A stretch of DNA of 62,913 nt, counting the filler, from Octopus bimaculoides (taxonomy: Eukaryota), in assembly GCF_001194135.2 (NCBI RefSeq). It is 3 parts of 3 records of this genome, joined end to end, with 100 filler letters (N's around TTAATTAATTAA, not from the genome) between each part and the next. Parts side by side here need not be neighbours in the genome. Positions count along the whole stretch, not along the records: positions 31,270 to 59,398 come from NC_068981.1; positions 59,499 to 62,913 come from NC_068982.1; 1 more part is not named here. One strand, 5' to 3'. Below, piece after piece: positions 53,601 to 62,913 of the stretch (position 1 is its first letter; each line of letters opens with the position of its first letter). A program made the translations under genes and the position numbers. Below the pieces are notes generated by a model. That model was not told the DNA's origin, made no database searches, and saw nothing but the letters and a program-made list of their open reading frames with translations.

Positions 53601-56600
53601 GTACTTACATTTTCTGGCATTGAAGATGGCCCTCTAAAACAGAAGAGTACATGTTAACAGAGTCAAAACAGCAGTGTTTTTGTAGTCAAATGTATGTTAT
53701 GCCATTATTCCATAACATATTTTTCTTAAAGTAAGAAGTAATAGAAGCCTGATTCAAGATAGTCTCCTATGTAGTTCACAATGTAGTAACATATAACAGA
53801 TTGATAAATTTTTAATCATTCATGAAATGAACAGCAATGATATGATATGAAAAATAACAGGAGGCAGAATATCAGGAAGAACTTTGATAATGCATTTAAG
53901 TACTGCATGGAAACATGAACGATGAATAGTTGTTTAATTAAAAGAATATCCAAATAAGAAAATATGAGAGATATGACATTTAGATTAATATTTTGTTTTC
54001 ATTAACATTATCATTCTTAGTTCTAGCCCGTGTTCATAAAATCATTTACATAATTAAACATATATAAATTTATGCATCAAAATGAAAGAAAATTTATCAA
54101 CATGAAATTTCCATGAGCCCTGCTTGTTATTATAATGTATTTATATCTCAATGAAAATTTTTATCTACAAGAAAATGAGATCTACATGTGGTAGCACTGA
54201 GTGGGATATTACTGTATATACATGCAACATGTGGAGTTTAAATAAAACATATATCATCATGAAAAAGTAAAGTTTGTAAAGGGGGTGGGGTATAAAAAAA
54301 TAGACATAATAAAAATAAAAATCTGGTGAATGAGGACACTGGAAGATGGGCAAAAGAGCAGGAATTTTTAAAACCTGATAGGAAAGTTTGTAAGTCTGCA
54401 AATAGCTGTGAAGAACTTACTTATGGCAGAGTTATGGATTAAGGATGTAGAGCGAGCCATCTGTAAAAATGTGAGAAGCATAGAAACAATTCTCTTATTG
54501 TCAGAAAGAACCAATCTCTAATGCAAGTTTTAAGAATCACACAGGTATCGTTTATTCATTCCAAAACCTGTTTTCTTGTAACAAATAATCTTCAAATTGT
54601 TGGATAGTCTTCTAGTAATATGATAATTTAGCCAGCCATGCATATCTACAATGTATTGTATATTTTCTGCTTTTTCACAATAATGAATAACTTTACAAGT
54701 GACTGGTGAAGAGTTTGCTTCAGCATCTTAACCTTGCATTTAAAAGTGAAGTAAGCTTCAAAGTTTAAATAATCAAAAATACTCACTTAAGAACTTTGGG
54801 TGCTAAAATTGTTATACAACTTTTGATTAGGTAATATATCTGCATTGTTAAGAAAAGTAACATCAATGACAATTATAGGATTTATGTAAATACTTTGTTA
54901 GAGTCTATGATATTTAAATATTTCAGCTAATTTTTTTCACATGTTGAAACCAGATGTTCTTGTCTCAGCATCCCATTAATTTCTATGGTGGAAATGTGAT
55001 CCATTTAGGTATTTACTGATGTGCACTTAAGTATGTGATATTTAAGCAATATTTAACATTTAAATTGGTTAACATGTAAATCCTTGCATGATGTTCTTAA
55101 AAGGATGGGCATTTCAATTGGATTGCTAATAGAGCAATGGTTCTCAAACTGGCAAATACCAGCCAGCATCCCAATTTTAGTAAAAATTTTCCCTTTTCCC
55201 TCTGTTTATTAATGACAAATAAGAACAGAGTTTGCATCCATATAATTAATTGTTCTCCCATTATCATAGTGTTGGACAACTTTAAAACAATCTTGATTTT
55301 ATTGAATACAATTTGTCTGTCTCTTTTCAATACTTGCAGCTACCTTCCAAGGAGAGGAGCTCTCCCGCCATGAGTAACCCTATTATAGAGCATTCTTTGT
55401 TTGTATTATCTCTTTGTGAAGGTGAATTATCAAATATATGTATGTGTATATAGTTAGAGTGACATATGTATTGTAACTATTGAGGTGATGGCAGTATACT
55501 CAAACAGATTTGCCACTTCACCAGCAATTGAAACCTCACAGACTGACAGAGACTTGTATTCTTTTCTACAAATGCTAGCTAATTGACATTGATACAAATG
55601 GGCAGTTAACTTAATCAACTCTACTTGGCTAGTACGTTATCTTATCTAACACTAGCAGAATGAAAAGCAAAGTTGGCCTTGGCAGGATTTGAACTCAGAA
55701 AGTAAAGCCCTACAGCAAATACTCTAGAACAAATACTTTAAAGAGTCTGCTTATCCACCACATTGATTACTATAAATAACATGAAAACCTGCGATGAATT
55801 TCTTTTTCTGGCACAACTTCAGACCAGACAAATCAGATCACTGATCTGTTCTCCCTTGGTCAACACTGCCAGCAGAGCAGCCATGTTTACTCTTAAACAC
55901 GAAAAGGAAAACTGGAGTGATCATGGTTAAATCTCAATTACATAACCACTAGAGTATCGGCTTTTAGTACAAGAGCACTGAAAGCAGAGTGGCCAATCTA
56001 AAGAAAGATTTTGTGAAAGTGTGGATAATATTTGACTCCTCTCCTTTTGTGTATTGAATATTCAAAGACCCATCGATCTAATGTTTTTAATTCACGTGCA
56101 TCATTGGATTTTAAAAATTTCTGAACAAAGTCTTACTTTTGTACAAAAAAAAAAAGACAATTGTTACTACTGATATTTAGATCCACGTCAATCCTGATAG
56201 AACAAGATTTTGAAGGAAGGGTTCTAGTTATGTTCATCCTGTCTCTGTACATCAGTGATTAGATCATCCAATTTCCCTTCCTTTTTTTTTTTTTTTTTTT
56301 TTTTTTTTGAGATGGTAAAATGTGATTCGAGAGAGATTTGTCTTTTTATTTCTAAGAAATTCAGTGATTGTATAGAAGATCCTTCTATGGCTCTAATATA
56401 CTTCTCTACACTTTCTAGGTGAATCATTCAGCACAAGTTAAGCAAACTATGAGTTGATTATATTTTGCTGATAATAACAAGAAGAGAAGAAACAACCGAA
56501 ATTAGTTACCATAGGAAAATGAAAAAGTGATATTAATAATCAATAAAAAAGTTATGTTAATAATCATCAAAAAATATTAATTTTTGTCTCACTACATATT

Positions 56601-57339
56601 TATTTCTAGTTACATGCATTAAGCATACTAACACACTCCTAAATTCTAGCTGTCCTAATGCAATGGTTCCTAATCTGTATCCCCATTGCCTTAGAGTGTT
56701 ATGGAGATGTTGCAATCAATTGTCAGATAGTAAAACGAGTAGCTCTATCTTTTATTAGTGAATAAATCTTATTCACATAGGAACAATAAAAACACAGAGA
56801 AAGTTCAATGCTGAACGTTTATCTAAGTGGTTGCATAATTCCTTCCCTTTTCACTCGTTTAAAATGCTGCCAAATGGAATGAGGTTTATAGAGATATGGT
56901 GATTTTTATTGATAATACATTATTATTTCCTCTGAAATAATAATAGATGTCATAAATAAACTATAACGAGTCATTTGTATTGATTTCCTACATTGTCTGA
57001 AGGAAATAACAGGTACTGTAAGTTTTCTAACAATCACAAACACAGCATGGAGAAATAGAAATGATGTACGCAAGTGAGACCAATGCAAAATACATTCTCC
57101 AGTTCTACATGTCTCAGATCAATTCTTCTTCATACTATATTATATAGTGAAAAGGTGCATGAAAGTTAAAAGTCCTTTTTATGGATTTACTTCTGGCAGT
57201 GGCTGTATTTAACTTTGAAAATGTTATACCAAAGACGCTGAACTTGTTGATCATACATGTACATACTCCATAGGTTTTCTTTCTAAAATAATGGAATGTG
57301 AAGATGTGAACAGAAAGCAAAAATATTATAATTGCAGAC

Positions 57340-58000
57340 AGGAAGGTAATTTCAAGGCTTTCTTAGGACAATTGCCCAATCAAACCAGGTAACAACAATA
57401 AATCTACTATTGCAACACATACAAACACAATAAGAGGTATGACCAGGTTCTAAATGTTTTACACTGGAAACTGTGCCAGAAATGGGAATTTGAAGCTAGA
57501 AACACATGGTACAATCATCAAATCGAAAGAGTACTGGAGTCAGAGAAATGTAAGATTTTGAGGGCCTTTCCTATTCAAACAGACAAAATGTTTGAAAATA
57601 ATAGACTGGACATAACAATCATAGATAAGGAAAAGTGAAGTTGCTTATTAATTGATCCATCAATCCAATTTGATTCCAGGATCAAAAGAGGAATAAAAAG
57701 AGATACCAATACAGTCCCTTAAAATTTGAAATAGGAAGAATTTAGAGTATGTAAACAGTTGTGCCTATAATAATTGGTGCGTTGAGGACAGTAAGTCAAG
57801 ATATAGACAAATGACTGAAGGAGATTGGATTAGAATGCTCTGTAGACCCTGTAGAGTGCCTACAGAAGGTTTTTCTCTTAGAGACATCTGGGATTATTAG
57901 AAGGGTTCTAAGCACTTGAAAAACTGCTGGAAACTTGTGGATACCTAAGGTTACCTAGACAAATCCTGCCAGGAATAAGATCGAACCTGAGCCAAACCAA
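57340..58000 (+). mobile_element. R4/Dong-like LINE 3' portion, degraded
   Basis: Reads LHWKLCQKWEF...WYNHQIERVLES...PIQTDKMFENNRLDITIIDKE..SCLLIDPSI...VPIIIGAL...LQKVFLLETSGIIRRVLST*. Confidence 0.8.
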
Positions 58001-58300
58001 AATAATATTAGGTTAGAATAATTACCTCCTGGAAACATGGTTATTTCATTCACTATCCTTAAACAAATCTTATTCAGAGACCTTTGAGCAGGATGGGCAA
58101 CTCAACCTGAAGAAAATTCTAACTAGGCCCCCACCTGTGCAAAGTCATCCACTGTTTACCTTGATATGAGATCACAACGTCATACACATATGGTTGTGAT
58201 GCACGTGTTTGGTATACCCTTATCAGGTGAGTAGTCATGATGGGTATATTGCACTTTGTACATTTCATGGCATGCACTGCTCTCTCGCTCAATAATAATA

Positions 58301-58338
<38 letters not shown>

Positions 58339-58859
58339 AAAAAAAACACCGACGACGACGACGACGATGATGATGATGATGATAAAAATAATAAAACACA
58401 TGTATCAATGTTGACTGAAAATGTCTAATACAAATGTATCAAATAATGGTGTTAATGAGGATGGAACCAAAGGTGAAAGCCTTTCGCCTGGCAAGTGCAC
58501 TGTGGTTGAGCAGCCGCAAGCCTGGTCATCGCCCAGAGAATGTTTGTACACAAAACCAGAGGCAGAGAAGAAGGTGGGATAAGGAGGGAAACCAAATGGT
58601 AATTGAATGGTGGATCAGGAGTGAACTCAGCAGAAGGGGATTCTAACAATGAATGAAAGCAAAATTGGAATGAGAATAGGACTCTTCAAAACAAGTGAGC
58701 AACAGTTAGCCAAACAGGCAAGAGCAATAAGAGCAAAAGGATGGTCAACAGACATTGAAATAGAAGTGAAAAGAAGAAGATAGAAATAATACTTCACCAA
58801 CAGATAATGTGCCCTGTGAGAACAGTAAAATGAAAGGCAGCAGTGACGACATAAAGCAA

Positions 58860-59280
58860 AGTGTAAATGTAAATGTATTCTCAGCAAATGAAGCAGAAGT
58901 AATGGATAGAGTTATAACCCAAGAATACAATGATGATCAACAAGACATAGTGAGGACGCTGTACCATTATATAAGAGAACACAAGGATCAAGCATGCATA
59001 CACCTCCAATCTGAGGTACATTGATCAACACAAGCTCAAAGTTGAAACCAAAAAGATAGATTTTGGTTCTTGGGTTATTCCATACAAGAAATATAATTGA
59101 AACTAACAAGATTATTTGGGCTGCAGCTATGGTTGCCACAGACAGTGTAGGATACAAAAGAAAGAACAAATAAAATATAAAGAATCATACTGGCATAGAT
59201 GAATTTGTGAGAAACAAAGTTAAAAAGACTATTAGGATGAGTTGATAGATTGAAAAGACTATGCCCCTCAACCAAATTTC
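58860..59280 (+). mobile_element. probable N-terminal ORF region of an R4/Dong-like LINE
   Basis: TRNIIETNKIIWAAAMV parallels QTEDITQTRNLLRATA in the copy at 36314-36600. It ends at an (ATT)n tract. Confidence 0.4.
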
Positions 59281-59291
59281 AGGCCTTGTGG

Positions 59292-59334
<43 letters not shown>

Positions 59335-59398
59335 TTAAAAAAAAAGGATTGACGTAACTCTTCACGAAGGTAAATAGTCAAAACGAAGAGCGCGATTT

Positions 59399-59498
59399 NN
59401 NNNNNNNNNNNNNNNNNNNNNNNNNNNNNNNNNNNNNNNNNNTTAATTAATTAANNNNNNNNNNNNNNNNNNNNNNNNNNNNNNNNNNNNNNNNNNNN
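59399..59498. other. artificial 100-bp scaffold gap (44 N + TTAATTAATTAA + 44 N)
   Basis: Same layout as 31170-31269. Confidence 0.95.
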
Positions 59499-59624
59499 AT
59501 GCTGTATGAAATTGTAAAATAAAATTAAATATATTTTGATGATGAACAAATCTCCATATTGTTTATGGTTATAATTATGGTTATAATTATTGGCTCGTTA
59601 TACTAAAACGATTTTATCCTTTTT

Positions 59625-60660
59625 ACAAGTGTAACACATTCATTCGAGATTTCTTCTGGAGTCATGATGGTGTTATCACCGCAGCAGCGTTCATTTATTG
59701 TGGAATCTTATTTTAGATCAGGACTTTTTATCAATGGATGATGAATTTATTACTTTGACAATTGCGTACCTATTTTAAGGGCGAATATGCAAATGTACCT
59801 CCGCCAACAAAGCAGGCGATTAATGTTCTGCTGAAAAATTTTAAGAACGGGCTCAGTTGAAGATAAGGAACACGTTTGCTGACATACCCGCCTTTCTGAT
59901 GATGTTGTGGAAGATATCCGTCAATGAGCATTATCTGTTCGCAGCTGCCATACTGCTTTTCGCAAATCGTTGAAATTGTACCCATACCGAGTGTCATCTT
60001 TACATGAACTTATTTTTACTGATTTCACCAAAAGAGTGGATTACTGCAAATGGTTTCAAGAAGACATAGATGGCAACTAACTTGACATGACCTTCTTCAG
60101 TGACAAGGCATGGGATATCTATTGGGATACCTAAATTGGCAAAACACTCGCATCTGAAGTGTTCTCAATCGTCACGAGTTTATCGAATCACCCTTACATG
60201 CAGTGAAGATTGGTGAATAGATGGCTATCAGCAGACGAAGAATAGTAGGACCGATCTTTTTTCCAAGAAACCTTGAATTCGGAAGGTTATTGTGAGATAA
60301 TTGATCAGTTTGTTGAGCAGCTAACAGAATGAAAAAAAGTAACTCATGGCTTCAACAGGACTCAGCAACATGTTAACAACCACACTTTGTTTCACTTACG
60401 ACAAACTTTTGAACACAGGTTGATCACGAAAGACCTCTGGCCACCCAGATCGCCAGACTTAACGCCTCTCGATTTCTTTTTATTCAGCTATATCAAGGAT
60501 GCTGCGCTTGCAAAGAATCCATATTTGATGAACTGTGTATGGATATTATAGATATTGTCCAAAATATCCCACGTGAAGTTTTGATTAATGTGTATCAGAA
60601 CAAACGTCGTCGTGTTGACTTGTGTCTACAACATGGCGGCCGACAATTTCAGCACCTTTT
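59625..60660 (+). mobile_element. Tc1/mariner-superfamily transposase pseudogene (third catalytic residue Asp)
   Basis: Motifs MVLSPQQRSFIVESYF, FFSDKAW, IVGPIFF, WLQQDSATC and LWPPRSPDLTPLDFFLFSYIKD, with many stops and frameshifts. The 3' end runs into a gap. Confidence 0.85.
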
Positions 60661-61437
60661 NNNNNNNNNNNNNNNNNNNNNNNNNNNNNNNNNNNNNNNN
60701 NNNNNNNNNNNNNNNNNNNNNNNNNNNNNNNNNNNNNNNNNNNNNNNNNNNNNNNNNNNNNNNNNNNNNNNNNNNNNNNNNNNNNNNNNNNNNNNNNNNN
60801 NNNNNNNNNNNNNNNNNNNNNNNNNNNNNNNNNNNNNNNNNNNNNNNNNNNNNNNNNNNNNNNNNNNNNNNNNNNNNNNNNNNNNNNNNNNNNNNNNNNN
60901 NNNNNNNNNNNNNNNNNNNNNNNNNNNNNNNNNNNNNNNNNNNNNNNNNNNNNNNNNNNNNNNNNNNNNNNNNNNNNNNNNNNNNNNNNNNNNNNNNNNN
61001 NNNNNNNNNNNATATATACATATATACATGTATATATACACATATATACATATATATATGTATATATAAATATATATATATATACATATATATATACATA
61101 TATATATATATGTATATATATATTTTGCTGTGTGTGTTTGAGTTTGTGTCTAGGTATGTGTATGCGCGCGCGTGTAAATTGATCAAATAAAGAAGTGAGA
61201 TGAGGGAGGAGATGTTAATCGCATCTATTCTCTGACTTTTCTTCTCTTATCCGATTAATGCTTATTCATACGCTTCGCAACTACGATTCCTGAATATCCA
61301 GAACGACGCAGAAGTTATCTCCTCGCCGTAATATGACTGTCTTCCTTAATAGCCGCACATCAGGCAGAGAGCTTAATGTGAGCTCTGTTTGATTCTTTGA
61401 ATCTCACTTCTTGTTTTATATATATATATAAGCACTA

Positions 61438-62221
61438 GTTATAACGATATAGAATATGGAGACTTGTTTATCCTCAAAAATTATTTTAGTTTGCAATTTC
61501 ATACAGCATATTTTTATGGTTGTTACCACCTACACGTGTTCCTTCTGTACAGAGCACGAGCGGTTGCACATGCAACCGGGCATAATTTTCTGTGCATCTT
61601 CTTTCAGTGTCTGTCCACCAGCTAGCCTCGAAGCACATCCCAAACTCCACAAATACACGGCTTTGTCATAATCAAACTAGTATTTATTCTGCCTATCTTC
61701 CACTACCCAGCACAAATACCTAAGCCAAGAAAATGTAAAACAGCAATATATATATATATATATATATACTACAAGGACTACACTTGAAAATAAGGTGATT
61801 ATGTAACCAACTACTACAATTTAAAACGAAACCTGCCAAAAACAGTAACGTTATCCTCAACCTGATAAGATAAAATCCTAACTTTGGCGAACAACTAGTA
61901 TGTATCCTTGATCAACCAGGCAAGCTTACAAAGAGATCAGATTTTGCATTCAAAACAATCTCCTCCTCGCTTCCCCCTGAACTCTCACCAGCAAACGACT
62001 AAATGCATTCAGTTGTCTTCGAGACTCGCTGGTGAACAGACCCTGAACGAAGGAGCATCGTAAAATATGCCCGATTGCAGGTGCATCAGCGCACACACTG
62101 TGCAGTGGAAACACGTGTAGGTCGTAATAACCAAAAAAAATATGCTGTATGAAATTGTAAAATAAAATTAAATATATTTTGATGATGAACAAATCTCCAT
62201 ATTGTTTATGGTTATAATTAT
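61438..62221. mobile_element. foldback/MITE-like element with ~220-bp diverged inverted repeats
   Basis: aatatggaga.ttgtt...caatttcatacagcatattttt..ggtt.tta..acctacacgtgtt...gggcata.ttt...ttcag.gtctgt.caccag at 61452-61640 is mirrored at about 62020-62205. Confidence 0.7.
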
Positions 62222-62407
62222 TGCTAATATAGACTCCAGATAATATTATCATCTAGAGAAGCGAACACAAAATTACCCATCGGTAGAATTTACGTGAGTG
62301 AAAACCCATAGTTGTCATAGACGTTAAATACTAACGAGTCCGGTTAGCCGTAACCTGGAAAATAACTGAGAGCCACCGCAGAATCCACCCGGATTATGTA
62401 TCCCTCT

Positions 62408-62446
<39 letters not shown>

Positions 62447-62488
62447 NNNNNNNNNNATATGTGTGTGTGTATATATATATATATATGT

Positions 62489-62529
<41 letters not shown>

Positions 62530-62852
62530 CGTGCGTATGTGAGTGTGTACATACAGTTCAATAGGATTCGGATAAAATCCTCGTAGAATGTTATAGGTCG
62601 TTCACAGTAAGTCTAACAATCACCTGAGGAGGCGCATTTTACAAGTTGGATGTAATAACATCATACAACACCTCACCAATGTATTAAAGGTCTAAATTGT
62701 GTCGAAGTAACTGCAGCGATTTTAATTAAAGAATGTTATTCATTCCATTTTCTGTCTCTTTCTGTCTCCCTCACTCTATCTATCTAGTTCATCTATATAT
62801 CTATCTACATATGCATGCCTACATTCATAGGCTCACATACACACACATACAT

Positions 62853-62913
<61 letters not shown>

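Overview
This is AT-rich, microsatellite-saturated animal genomic DNA with many assembly gaps. The repeat families resemble those I know from Octopus, so a coleoid cephalopod origin is inferred. One host protein-coding gene is well supported: a minus-strand glial cells missing (gcm) transcription factor. It has five coding exons (18253-18113, 17549-17297, 16684-16470, 15553-15472, 14455-13107; 2040 nt, 679 aa), all GT-AG introns, matching phases and an intact two-zinc GCM DNA-binding domain. Exons 2 and 4 are absent from the ORF track. The rest is mostly decayed mobile DNA: tRNA-derived SINEs, R4/Dong-like, RTE-like and Tx1-like LINEs, Penelope-like fragments, three Tc1/mariner relics, a hAT-like element, two foldback elements, and a Gypsy LTR with a tRNA-Trp primer site and 4-bp TSD. 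A CpG-poor block at about 48-59 kb may be the body of a second gene. I found no convincing wholly new biological system. The most testable leads are gcm regulation, the aberrant LTR and a hairpin with a degenerate hammerhead-like core. TE and SINE boundaries are approximate unless exact ends are stated.
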